A stretch of 64,000 bases of DNA from Squalus acanthias (taxonomy: Eukaryota): the NCBI GenBank assembly GCA_030390025.1, contig CM059432.1, positions 4,092,001 to 4,156,000 on the forward strand, in the 5' to 3' direction. Below are positions 11,118-22,856 of this stretch, piece by piece. The notes under the pieces were generated by a model, which searched no databases, was not told where the DNA came from, and was given only the letters and a program-made list of their open reading frames with translations. A program made the translations under genes and the position numbers. Positions within the stretch are counted from its first letter, which is position 1, and every line of letters starts with the position of its first letter.

Positions 11118-11703
11118 TTCAATTATGTTAAATCTGTGTCCTCTGGTTACCGACCTTCCTGCCAGTGGAAACAGTTTCTCCCCATCTACTCCATCAAAAC
11201 CCCTTTTAGAAATTGTTTTAGAAACATATACAAGGAGATATGATGATATCAGGATGTGCAGATTCAATATTTCCCCCTTTTTTTCTGGTGGTAAAGATCA
11301 TACAAAATAAACTGTGGTTCAGAGTTGAAGGTGGGTGGCAATTAAGTGCTTGCACCATCCCTTTGCAACTAGTCAATCTGGAAAATATTGATTAATGTCT
11401 TCCCAACCTGTTTTGTTGAGAAATCTGATGTGGGTGTATTATAAAGCTATTGATTCTGTTCCTAAGCAGAATTTATAGACTGGCTCCTCATTCTAAGTCA
11501 ACATTACAAATCTTCAAAGCTAACCCTTCGCGGACTGGAAGATTTTGTTTAGTTTTTTGAGAACCAGTCAAAGAATATGTCACTTATATTGCCACTAATA
11601 AAGAATGTGTCACAGCAGCAGCAGCAGCGGCGGCAGAGCGGACCTGGGAGGAGCGGCGAGGCGGCGGTGGTACCAACTCAGCACCGGCAGAATTTTCAAC
11701 GGG

Positions 11704-11730
11704 TGACGTCAGAAGTCAAAAGTGACGTCG
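11704..11730. promoter_or_regulatory. Tandem CRE-like sites in the CR1 5' UTR (putative internal promoter)
   Basis: TGACGTCA (11704-11711) and TGACGTCG (11723-11730), 115-140 bp upstream of the ORF1 ATG. Confidence 0.45.
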
Positions 11731-11844
11731 GCACAAGGGGAGGGAGCTGATAGGTGAGTATCTGGTAAGTGTTTTTTACTTGGCTTTCTTAAAGTTTTTA
11801 AGTTTATTCCAGCTAGGTTAGTAAATTAGAGGTTAATTAAAGGT

Positions 11845-12800
11845 ATGGCAGGGCAGCTCTCACCCGTGGAATGCACATCCTGTGCCATGTGGGAAGTCCT
11901 GGACACCTCCCGTGGTCTGGACGACCACATGTGCGGGAAGTGTCGCCAGCTACAGCAGCTCGAGCACCGGGTTACGGAGCTTGAGCGGCGGCTGCATTCA
12001 CTGCTGTGCATCCGCGAGGCTGCGAGCTACGTGGATAGCACGTTTCGGGAGGTGGTCACCCCGCAGCTTAAGAGTGTGCAGGCAGAGAGGGAATGGGTGA
12101 CCATCAGACAGAAGAGGAGGACCAGGCAGGTAGTGCAGGAGTCCCCTGAACCCATCTTGCTCACCAAGCAGTATTCGGTGCTGAGTACTGGTGAGGGCAA
12201 TGGTTCCTCTGGGGAGTGCAGCCAGAGCCAAGTCCACAGCACCATGGAAGGCTCAGCTGCACAGGCGGGGGGAGGGGGAAGAGGAGAGGGAGAGCAATAG
12301 TGATAGGGGATTCAATAGTTAGTGGAGCAGACAGGCGTTTCTGCGGCCGCAGACGTGACTCCAGGATGGTGTGTTGCCTCCCTGGTTCCAGGGTCAAGGA
12401 TGTCACTGAACGACTGCAGGGCATTCTGAGGGGGGAGGGTGAACAGCCAGAGGTCGTGGTCCATATCGGTACCAACAACATAGGTAGGAAGAGGGATGAG
12501 GTCCTGCAGGCAGAGTTTAGGGAGCTAGGAAAGAGGTTAAAAAGCAGGACCTCAAAGGTAGTAATCTCTGGATTACTACCAGTGCCACGTGCTAATGAGT
12601 TCAGAAATAGGAAGATAGAGCAGATGAATGCATGGCTGGAGAGATGGTGTAGGAGGGAGGGCTTTAGATTCCTGAGGAATTGGAACCGTTTCTGGGGGAG
12701 GTGGGACCTCTACAAGCCAGACGGGTTGCACCTCAACGGGAACGGGACCAATATCCTCGCGGGAGGGTTTGCTAGTGCTGTTGGGGAGGGTTTAAACTAG
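11845..12800 (+). pseudogene. CR1 ORF1 (zinc finger, coiled coil, SGNH esterase), one frameshift near 12270
   Basis: CTSC..CGKC, heptad LEHRVTELERRL, then GDS, HIGTN and PDGLHLN in a second frame. Confidence 0.9.
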
Positions 12801-13319
12801 CTTGGCAGGGGGATGGGAACCTAAGTATAGAGTCAATAGAGAGGAAAGAAAAACTGGAATTGGAAAACAAAAACGTAGAAACTAAATTGGAAGGACAGAG
12901 GAATCAAGGGCTAGATAATAGTCAACAAGGAGGTTTGCCTGTACTAAATGGTATATACTTCAATGCAAGGAGTATAGCGAACAAGGCAGATGAGCTGAGG
13001 GCACAGGTAGATACTTGGGACTATGATATTATAGCTATTACAGAGACGTGGCTGAAAGAGGGGCAGGTATGGCAGCTCAGCATTCCTGGCTACAGGATTT
13101 TCAGGTGGGATAGAGAGGGAGGTAAAAAGGGAGGGGGGGTCGTGGTATTGATTAAATAAACTATTACAGCTGTGCAGAGGGATGATATGTTGGAGGGATC
13201 ATCAAACATATGGGTCGAATTGAAAAACAAAAAAGGGGCGATCACACTGCTGGGAGTGTACTACAGACCCCCAAACAGTGAGAGGAGATAGAAGAACAAA
13301 TATGTAGACAAATTTCTGA

Positions 13320-13517
13320 TATGGAGATGCCGGTGTTGGACTGGGGTGGACAAATGTGAGAAGTCGCACAACACCAGGTTATAGTCCAACAGTTTTCTTT
13401 GAAATCACAAGCTTTTGGAGCACTGCTCCTTCGTCAGGTGAAGCAGCGCTCCGAAAGCTTGTGATTTCAAATAAAACTGTTGGACTATAACCTGGTGTTG
13501 TGCGACTTCTCACATTT
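13320..13517. mobile_element. Penelope P1a fold-back mini-insertion (inverted pseudo-LTR pair)
   Basis: Minus arm (tail plus hammerhead with G12>A, 13405-13441) joined to a plus arm; 13-bp TSD GACAAATTTCTGA (13307-13319, 13518-13530). Confidence 0.9.
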
Positions 13518-15806
13518 GACAAATTTCTGAGAAGTGCAAAAACTATAGGGCAGTAATAGTAGGGGATTTCAACTACCCCAATATTAACTGGGATAAAATT
13601 AGTGTGAAGGGTATAGAAGGTGCAGAATTCCTAAAATGCATCCAGGAGAACTTTTTTAGCCAGTATGTAGCAAGCCCAACAAGAGAGGGGGCGGTTCTGG
13701 ACTTAGTTTTAGGGAATGAAGCTGGGCAGGTAGAGGGGGTATCAGTGGGGGAGCATTTTGGTGCTAGTGACCATAATTCAATTAGATTTAAGGTAGTTAT
13801 GGAAAAGGACAAGGATAGACCAGGAATAAAAATTCTGAATTGGGGAAAAGCAAATTTTGCCAAGCTCAGAGGGGATTTAGCCATAGTGGACTGGAAACAG
13901 CTATGTGTCAGAGCAGTGGGAGGCATTCAAGGAGGAGATCCGGAGGGTTCAGACCAAATATGTGCCCTTAAAGAAAAAAGGTGGGACAAACAAATCTAGA
14001 GCCCCCTGGATGTCTAGGGACATACAGGGTAGGATAAAGAAAAAAAGGGAGGCGTATGAGAGATACCGAGGGCTAAATACTCCAGAATCTTTAGAGGAGT
14101 ACAGAATGTGCAGGGGTACAATTAAAAATGATATTAGGAAAGCAAAGAGAGAGCATGACAAATTCTTGGCAAGTAAAATCAAGGAAAACCCAAAGATGTT
14201 TCATAAATATATTAAGAGTAAGAGGATAACTAAAGAAAGGATAGGGCCTATTAGAGATCATGAGGGTAATCTGTGTGTGGAGACAGGAGACGTTGGTAGG
14301 GTTCTTAATGAATACTTTGCGTCTGTTTTCACAAAGGAGAGGGGCGAAGCAGACATTGCTATCGGGGGGAGGAGTGTGAAATATTAGATGAAATAAACAT
14401 AGTGAGAGAGGAAGTATTAAGGGGTTTAGCAGCTTTAAAAGTGGATAAATCCCCAGGCCCGGATGAAATGTATCCCAGGCTGTTAAGCGAAGCAAAAGAG
14501 GAAATAGCAGAGGCCCTGACCATCATTTTTCAATCCTCTCTGGCTTCAGGTGTGGTGCCGGAGGACTGGAGGACTGCTAATGTGGTACCCTTGTTTAAAA
14601 AGGGAGAAAAGGATACACCGAGTAATTACAGGCCAGTCAGCCTAACCTCAGTGGTGGGAAAATTATTGGAAAGAATTCTGAAGGACAGGATAAATCTTCA
14701 TTTAGAAAGACACGGATTAATCAAGGATAGTCAGCACGGATTTGTTAAGGGAAGGTCGTGTCTGACAAACTTGATTGAATTTTTTGAGGAGGTAACAAGG
14801 AGGGTAGATGAGGGTAGTGCATTTGAGGTAGTGTATATGGACTTTAGCAAGGCTTTTGATAAGGTTCCACATGGCAGACTGGTCATGAAGTTAAAAGCCC
14901 ATGGGATCCAGGGCAAAGTGTCAAGTTGGATTCAAAACTGGCTCGGAGACAGGAAGCAGAGAGTAATGGTTGATGGGTGTTTTTGTGACTGGAAGGCTGT
15001 TTCCAGTGGGGTTCCGCAGGGCTCAGTACTAGGTCCCTTGCTTTTTGTGGTATATATCAGCGATCTTGACTTGAATATACGGGGTATGATTAAGAAGTTT
15101 GCAGATGATACTAAAATTGGCTGTGTGGTTGATACTGAAGAAGGAAGCTGTAGACTGCAGGAAGATATCAATAAATTGGTCAGGTGGGCAGAACAGTGGC
15201 AAATGGAATTCAATCCAGAGAAGTGTGAGGTAATGCATTTGGGGAGGGCTAACAAGGAAAGGGAATACACATTAAATGGTAGGACACTGAATAGTGTAGA
15301 GGAACAAAGGGACCTTGGAGTACATGTCCACAGATCCCTTAAGGTAGCAGGCCAAGTAGATAAGGTGGTTAAGAAGGCATACAGAATGCTTGCCTTTATT
15401 AGCCGTGGCATAGAATACAAGAGCAGGGGGGTTATGCTTCAACTGTATTAAACACTAGTTAGGCCTCAGCTAGAGTATTGCGTGCAGTTCTGGTCACCAC
15501 ATTACAGGAAACATGTGATTGCACTAGAGAGGGTACAGAGGAGATTTACAAGGATGTTGCTGGGAGTAGAGAATCTTAGCTATGAGGAAAGACTGAATAG
15601 GCTGGGTCTGTTTTCCTTGTAACAGAGGAGGCTGAGGGGAGACCTTATTGAGGTGTATAAAATTATGTGGGGCATAGATAAAGTGGATAGAAAGGACCTA
15701 TTTCCCTTAGCAGAGGGGTCAAAAACCAGGGGGCACAGATTTAAAATATTTGGTTGAAGGTTTAGAGGGGATTTGAGGGGAAATTTCTTCACCCAGAGGG
15801 TTGTGG

Positions 15807-16900
15807 TGAAGGGATAATTACTAGTCCTAGCCCCTTTTGGGCTACCCAGATCAGGCGTATTCCTCAGACGTTCACTTTCAACTAAAGTTTGAGGTAGCCG
15901 AATCCTAAAGATGCTTAATTGGGTCTAAAGGTCCGGATTATCTCTCCCAAAAGGAAAGGAATAACCTGAAAATGTTACCGTCCTCCAGATAGCACTTTTA
16001 ATAAGTTTAGCTAGACTGTAATGTTCCGGAGATTATGAGGGCCCGGAAAACTCCCCCAGAATTCTGCAACTGCTCACCAAAGAGTGTACAGAGATTGAGT
16101 TCACGAGATTTTGATACAGAAGTCTTATGTGAGACAATTCTAAAAATATATAGATTTATTAAAGAACCAACATGTAATTTACAGTTGGTGAGTCAATCGC
16201 AACATTAACAGTTCCAAAAAGAGAAAGCTTACAATTCTATTATCAGAGATCCTTACTTTCAAATCTTAACTTCACTACAGTTTTACAGTTCTTAAAGTTT
16301 ATTCAGGATATCCACCAAAATCAAATACCTTTGATCCTCGAGGTACAAAGAGTTGGAGACTTACAGAGCCACCTCTGAAGCCGAGAATCGCTTTGCCCCT
16401 TTAAAGCAAGTCTACTATCCCATTTCAGAGTTCAATATTTGTACCCTTTTCCAGTGGCATTTCCTTTAAGGTTTTCTGCTGATGTAAGCTAACTATCTCT
16501 GGTCATTTTTCTGCTGACCCCTGCAATTCTTACAATCACCTCAGATGGTAGCATTACAGAATTATGTCTCTTCTCTAGGTGTTCTAAGTTTACCATAAAA
16601 AACGGTGTAACAGCAGGTGCGTTTTACTTGATGTCATTTTTACGAAGGCAGATGTTTCTTAATTTTATGTGCTTCTTTACGAAGTGTAAATTAGAACACC
16701 TTAACCAAGGTGAACCATTGTCTTGTTCTGAAAGATTCAGACTGTCGGGAGCCTTTAACCTTCTGTTTCAATAAGGTTATTGATTCAGTGTCAACAACTA
16801 TCTTATTTCCAAACCCAGTTTGTCATGTTTTAATAAGGTCAGAATTCTTTCATAGAATGGTGTATTTTTCTGAATAGGTTATATGGCTTATTCCTTCACA
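15807..16900 (-). mobile_element. Solo LTR family A, copy 2 (complete, 1,094 bp)
   Basis: TGAAGGGATAA...TTATTCCTTCACA; 4-bp TSD GTGG (15803-15806, 16901-16904); interrupts CR1 at FTQRV|VGVWNSLP. Confidence 0.88.
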
Positions 16901-17116
16901 GTGGGGGTCTGGAACTCACTGCCTGAAAGGGTGGTAGAGGCAGGAACCCTAACCACATTTAAAAAGTACTAGGATGTGCACTTGGGATGCTCTAACCTGT
17001 AAGGCTACGGACCAAGAGCTGGGAAGTGGGATTAGGCTGGATAGGCTGGCGCGGGCACAATGGGCCGAAATGGCCTCCTTCCGTGCTGTAACTTTCTATG
17101 ATTCTATAATTATATA

Positions 17117-17590
17117 GTGTCAGCCGTGGCTCAGTGGGTAGCCCACTTGCCTCGGAGTCAGAATGGCTGTTGGTTCAAGTCCCAGTCCAGAGACTTTGAG
17201 CACAAAATCTAGGCCGACACTCCAGTGCAGTGCTGAGGGAGCGCCGCACTGTCAGAGGTGCCGTCTTTTGGATGAGACGTCAAACCGAGGCCCCGTCTGC
17301 CTTCTCAGGTGGACATAAAAGATTCCATGGCACTATTTTGAAGAAGAGCAGGGGAGTTCTCCAATATGTCCTGGCCAATATTTATCCCTCAACCAACATC
17401 ACAAAAACAGATGATCTGGTCATTGCTACATTGCTGTTTGTGGGAGCTTGCTGTGCACAAATTGGCTGCCGTGTTTCCCACATTACAACAGTGACTACAC
17501 TTCAAAAAGTACTTCATTGGCTGTAAAGCACTTTGGGACGTCCTGAGGTTGTGAAAGACGATGTAGAAACGCAAGTCTTTATTCTTTCTT
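17117..17590 (+). mobile_element. tRNA-derived DeuSINE (SacSINE1-like), full length
   Basis: A box TGGCTCAGTGG, B box GGTTCAAGTCC, Deu-domain-like core GAGGTGCCGTCTTT..GAAGAAGAGCAGGGGAG, L2-like tail. Confidence 0.9.
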
Positions 17591-18009
17591 TTCCTTAAGT
17601 GATAGTCTATAAATTTGTGCTGCTCATTTTGAAAGAAATATTACAGATTATGATAAGTAGCAGACAGCATAATCCAAAAGCTCTTGCAGGCACTATAGCA
17701 GTGGTCAGAACTCTGAAAGTGCCTTAATGCCTGAAAACATGCTGTATCTTCTGCTGCATTGATTGAATTTCAGGTCAATTACGACTGCAGATGAAACGTA
17801 AGGGGCTGTTCAAAGATCTCAGAATCCAGTGCTTGGAGGTTACTAGCTTTCGATTAATGCTCAGCAGTCTCTCGGTGGGAGGTGGTAGCTTGAGCATTTG
17901 ATGACTATACTTGTCTGAGTCCCAGGGCTGTCTTTTGCTTGTTAACAGTCTACCTCAGTTGGGGGGGACTTCAACAGCAAACTGCTAGTTAGAGCATCAG
18001 ATAGCCGTC

Positions 18010-18735
18010 ATGGAACGCGCTGCCTGAAAGGGCGGAGGAAGCAGATTCAATAGTAACCTTCAAAAGGGAATTGGAAATACATATATTTAAAAATTTGCAG
18101 GGCTATGAACACAAGAACTAGGAGCAGGAGTGGGCCATACGGCATCTTCGAGCCTGCTCCGCCATTCAATAAGATCATGGATGATCTTCGACCTCAACTC
18201 CACTTTCCCGCCCGATCTCCCTTGATTCCCCTAGTGCCCAAAAATCTACCGATCTTAGGCTTGAACATGCTCATCGGCTGAGCATCCACAGCCCTCTGGG
18301 GTAGAGAGGAGGAGAAATTTCTTCACTCAGAGGTTTGTGAATCTTTGGAATTCTGCTAGATTTTTGGACTCTAAGGGAATCAAGGGATGTGGGGATCGGG
18401 CGGGAAAGTGCAGCTGTGGTCGAATCTCCCGAGCCGTATGTTCCAATTCTGGCCTCTTGAGCATCCCTGATTTTCATCGCCCCACCATTGGTGGCCGTAC
18501 CGTCAGCTGCCTGGGGCCCTAAGCGCTGGAATTCCCTCCCTAAACCTCTCCGCCTCTCTCTCCTCCTTTAAGACGCCCCTTAAAACCGACCTCTCTGACC
18601 AAGCTTTTGGTCACCTGCCCTAATATCTCCTTATGTGGCTCGGTGTCAAATTTTGTTTGATAATCGCTCCTGTGAAGCGCCTTGGGACGTTTTACTACAT
18701 TAAAGGCGCTATATAAATGCAAGTTGTTGTTGTTG
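18010..18735. mobile_element. Cluster of CR1 3' fragments in both orientations (18010-18415) and an L2 3' end (18430-18735, +)
   Basis: Matches CR1 and L2 tails elsewhere in the window. Confidence 0.85.
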
Positions 18736-18964
18736 TTCCCACAGGGCAGGGGAGTGGTGGAGGGGGGTGACAGAGAGGGTGGTTAAAATCGACCCCGAGT
18801 TTATTTTTTGCAACCTGTAGCTACTGATAATAGAACAATAGTATTTTATTCAGGAAAGTTATTCATTAATGTGTGTAAAATCTAAAGTTACAAAGACGTT
18901 CTCACATTTTGGAGACGGAAAGAAAATTTTCCACACTTTCCCTCTGTAGATTAAAAGGTAAAGC

Positions 18965-19225
18965 TGAGGTTAACATAAAGCTATCAATCTCAGATTTAAA
19001 ATTAACAATTGATCTAGCATCAATTGCCGTTTGCGGAAGAGAGTTCCAAACTTCTACCACCCTTTGTGTGTTGAAGTGTTTCCGAATTTCACTCCTGAAA
19101 GGTCTGGCTCTAATTTTTAGACATTGCCCCCCTAGTCCTAGAATCCCCAACCAGCGGAAATAGTTTCTCTACCCTTTCAGTTCCCCTTAATATCTTGAAA
19201 CCTTCGATCAAATCACCCCTTAATC
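18965..19225 (-). mobile_element. CR1 3' ORF2 fragment
   Basis: RARPFRSEIRKHFNTQRVVEVWNSLP motif. Confidence 0.85.
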
Positions 19226-19342
19226 TGCGGAAAATAAACCTACCTGTTTGGAGGTTTGGAAAAGTTTGCTGGCCGCACCGTGTCTGATCCTCCTACCTGA
19301 TGGACATTCGGTGGGTTTTGATGTTACTGTGCCCCGTCTCTT

Positions 19343-19952
19343 TCTAGAGGGATAGAATTGAAAAGTAGGGAAGTGATGCTAAACTTGTATCGAACCTTGG
19401 TCAGACCACACTTGGAGCACTGCGTACAGTTCTGGTCACCATATTATAGAAAGAGTATAGAGGCACTGGAGAGGGTGCAAAAAGAGATTAACAAGGATGA
19501 TACCAGAAATGCGAGGGTATACCTATCAGGAAAGGATGAACAGGCTGGGTCTCTTTTCTCTTGAAAAGAGAAGGCTGAGGGGTGACCTAATAGAGGTCTT
19601 TAAAATTATGAAAGGTTTTGATAGACTGGATACAGAGAGAATGTTTCCACTTGTGGGGAAGAGCAAAACTAGAGGTCATCAATATAAGATAGTCACCATG
19701 AAATAAGATAGGGAATTCAGAAGAAACTTCTTTACCCAGAGAGTGGTGAGAATGTGGAACTCGCTACCACAGGGAGTGGTTGAAGCAAATAGTATAGGGG
19801 AGGTTAGATAAGCACATGAGGGAGAAGGGAATAGAGGGTTATGCTGATAGATTTAGATGAGGAAAGATGGGAGGAGGCTCGAGTGGAGCATAAACGCCGG
19901 CATGGACTGGTTAGGCCGAATGGCCCGTTTCCGTGCCGTATATCCTGTGTAA
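19343..19952 (+). mobile_element. CR1 3' fragment
   Basis: LYRTLVRPHLEHC..RRLRGDLIEVFKIMKG; same subfamily as 52170-53420 and 62780-63800. Confidence 0.9.
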
Positions 19953-20622
19953 TCCATCGGCATGCCGAGTGAACGCTACTGCCTGTTCCTAGTGGAAGAT
20001 TTCCACTCACATTCACAAGGCCAACTGGGGGTGGGCAACAAACCCCGGCCTTGCCAGCGACATCCATATTTCAAGAACGAATAACTTTGAAGAAAAAAAA
20101 AAATCACTTGGCTTTATTTCGGGTAGTTTTGCAAACCACTCGGGCTGCGGTTATATAGCAGAGATAAACAAAACTTACCCAGTCATTGAGCCCAAAGGAA
20201 TCTGGCTTTCCACTGTTGCTAATTGATTCTGTTGCCAGGTAACAGCACAAATAGATCTATGTGCCCAATAAATTGCTGTTTCCAATTTAATAATTTGATT
20301 TACCAGAAGCATAAATGATTTGTGGCGTGGTTGATTTTAGAGGGAAATTCATTCTCCAAAGTAAAGGTATGTCATTCAAATATGGAATTTAATATTCGCA
20401 ATTATGCTGCGAATGAGATTTAATCTTAATCTTATCCACATTAAGCAAAGCAAAGTATAATTCTCAGGTACATCTCCCAATGCCATACACACACAACAAT
20501 TAAAACATCGACAAATTGTATTTTCCAATGATACATTACATCCTTTTTGAAACTTTATTTATCTTCAGACTCTAGAGTAACGAATTATTATTTTGGTGAG
20601 TAATTCTCCCAGTGGCACCCAG

Positions 20623-21402
20623 TGTAGTCACTGTTGTAATGTAGGAAACATGGCAGCCAATTTGCGCATAGCAAGCTCCCACAAACAGCCATATAAAGGG
20701 AATTCTCTACCACAGAAGGCAGTTGAGGCCAAGTCAGTACTGCACTGGAGTGTCAGCCTAGATTTCTGTGCTCAAGTCCCTGGAGTGGGACTTGAACCCA
20801 TAACCTTCTGACTCAGAGGTGAGGGTGCTACCCACTGAGCCATGGCTGACTGAGATGAGGAGGAATTTCTTCACCCAGAGAGTGGTGAACCTGTGGAATT
20901 CTCTACCACAGAAGGCAGTTGAGGCCAAGTCATTAAATATATTCAAGAAGGAGTTAGATATATTTCTTAAGGCTAAAAGTATCAAGGGATATGGGGAGAA
21001 AGCAGGTACAGGGTACTAAGTTTGGATGATCAGCCATGATCTCATCGAATGGCGGAGCAGGCTCGAGGGGCCGAATGGCCTACTCCTGCTCCTATCTTCT
21101 ATGTTTCTATGACCATATAATCTGTTTTTTGTGATGTTGACTAAGGGATAAATATTGGCCAGGACACTGAGGAGAACTCCCCTGCTCTTCTTCGAAATTG
21201 GATCTTTAACGTCCATCTGAGAGAGGAGAAGGGGCCTCGGTTTAACGTCTCATCCGAAAGACGGCACCTCCGACAGTGCAGCGCTCCCTCAGCACTGCAC
21301 TGGGAGTGTCAGCCTGGATTTTTGAGCTTGAGGCTCTGGTGTGGGACTTGAACCCACGACCTTCTGACAAAGAAATGAGAGAGAGCGCTGCCCACTGAGC
21401 CA
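20623..21402 (-). mobile_element. DeuSINE (minus) interrupted by a chimeric CR1/SINE insertion (about 20697-21112)
   Basis: SINE halves flank the insert at CCATATAA (20689-20696, 21113-21120). Insert is 38 bp of CR1, a SINE head, then a CR1 3' end. Confidence 0.75.
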
Positions 21403-21589
21403 GGTGGGTACTTGGAGCAGTCCAGAGAGCCTATGCTTGAGTTACAGATTCTTTAGCATTAATAAGGATAAGAACAAACAGAGATAAGGACAACAGATAT
21501 AGGATCAGAAGAGACTCACTGGCTGGCCCTTTCTTAGCACCTCCCACCCCCCCACCCCCACCCAATCAGCATCCGCTGCCCAATCTCCC

Positions 21590-21805
21590 CTCTAGAAAAG
21601 AGAAGGATGAGGGGTGACCTAATGGAGGTCTTTAAAATTATGAAGGGGTTTGTTAGGGTAAACATAGAGAAGATGCTTCCACTTGTGAGGGAGTCCAGAA
21701 CTAGGGGCCATCAATATAAGCTAGTCACTAAAAAATCCAATAAGGAATTCAGGAGAAACTTCTTTACCCAGAGAGTGGTGAGAATGTGGAACTCGCTGCC
21801 ACTGG
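21590..21805 (+). mobile_element. CR1 fragment
   Basis: RGDLMEVFKIMKG..RNFFTQRVVRMWNSLP. Confidence 0.85.
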
Positions 21806-21817
21806 TCATAGTCATCA

Positions 21818-22856
21818 GGGCCGATTTTGCCGGCGTCAGAGGGCGGGTGTGGAGGCGGGTCAGGTGGTAAAATTGCAAATAATGACAGTGGGTTCCAATC
21901 CCGCCGTCAACCCGCCTCTGTGCAACTTTGCCAAAGGTGGGCTTCCAGACTCCTGATCGGTCCCGCCAACGAGCGGCGGGATAGGCCCTTAAGGCAGTTC
22001 ACTGCTTGTTAACTGCCTGGCTAATGCCATTTTGACAGCGGTTTTAGATTTTGCCAGTTTTTCTGCGTGTTCCACGCCATTCCCAAACCACGCCAACTAA
22101 TTGTATCGGGTTCACAAGTGGCTGCCTTCTTGACGGCTGGAGCGTCAGCATAAAAACAGAGCTCTCAACAAGGCTCAGTTGCAGGTGGCAGAACTTTGCT
22201 TTTTCAGATCTTGAAAAACTTTTTGCAGGTCTACTGATCTTGGAAGTGGTGAAGCTGAGATCCATCTCCATTGTGACCTCCTGGGAAAACCCTCTCCCCA
22301 CATTGACTGAGCGCTTCCTCAACAGAAATATCTACCAGCAGCATGGGAACCATTTATTTCCTTTCATCCTGGTCCTCAGATTCGGAGGAAGAGCAGCCGC
22401 GGCAGCAGCAGAACCAGGAACAACAGCAGCAGCAACAGCAGCAGGAGCGCCAACCTCCTGCTCAGCCACCTGATGCTGCACAGGGTAGAAGGCGTCAGCG
22501 CAGGGAAGCACGTCGCCGCAGGAGATACCCCGAAAACAGGATTTATAGGCCGAGGATGACCTTCCTCAACATGACTGAGCAGCAGTGCCAAAGGAGGCTG
22601 AGACTTTCGCAAGAGGTAGTTGGTGACATCTGCGCAATGCTGCACCAACACCTGGAGCCCAGAGGAGCGGGTGGACACCCCTTACCAGTGGCTGTCAAAG
22701 TCACCACCGCACTCAACTTTTTGCTTCACTGTCCTTCCAGGGCTCATCAGCAGACATCAGCAGCATCTCCTAGTCGGCCGCACACACTTGCATCACGTAG
22801 GTAACTGATGCCCTCTTTGCCATCGCGCACAATTATATCGACTTCTCCACGTGCGG
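21818..22856 (+). mobile_element. PIF/Harbinger transposon left arm with truncated, frameshifted transposase 5' end (22343-22850)
   Basis: TIR GGGCCGATTTT; MGTIYFLSSWSSDSEEE-poly[34 protein letters not shown], homologous to 47160-50134; cut off by a CR1. Confidence 0.88.

Larger units (their letters stand above)
11610..17107 (+). mobile_element. Full-length, inactivated CR1 LINE (5' UTR, ORF1, ORF2, tail) with nested Penelope fold-back and solo LTR
   Basis: GC-rich 5' UTR; ORF1 zinc finger and esterase; ORF2 APE endonuclease (YFNARS, ITETWL, GDFN, SDH) and RT (DFSKAFD, QGSVLGP, FADD); TTCTATGA tail. Confidence 0.95.

Noticed and set aside
17117..17190. tRNA-like A/B boxes, here and at other SINE heads
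   Set aside because: Always fused to the SINE core and tail; not tRNA genes.
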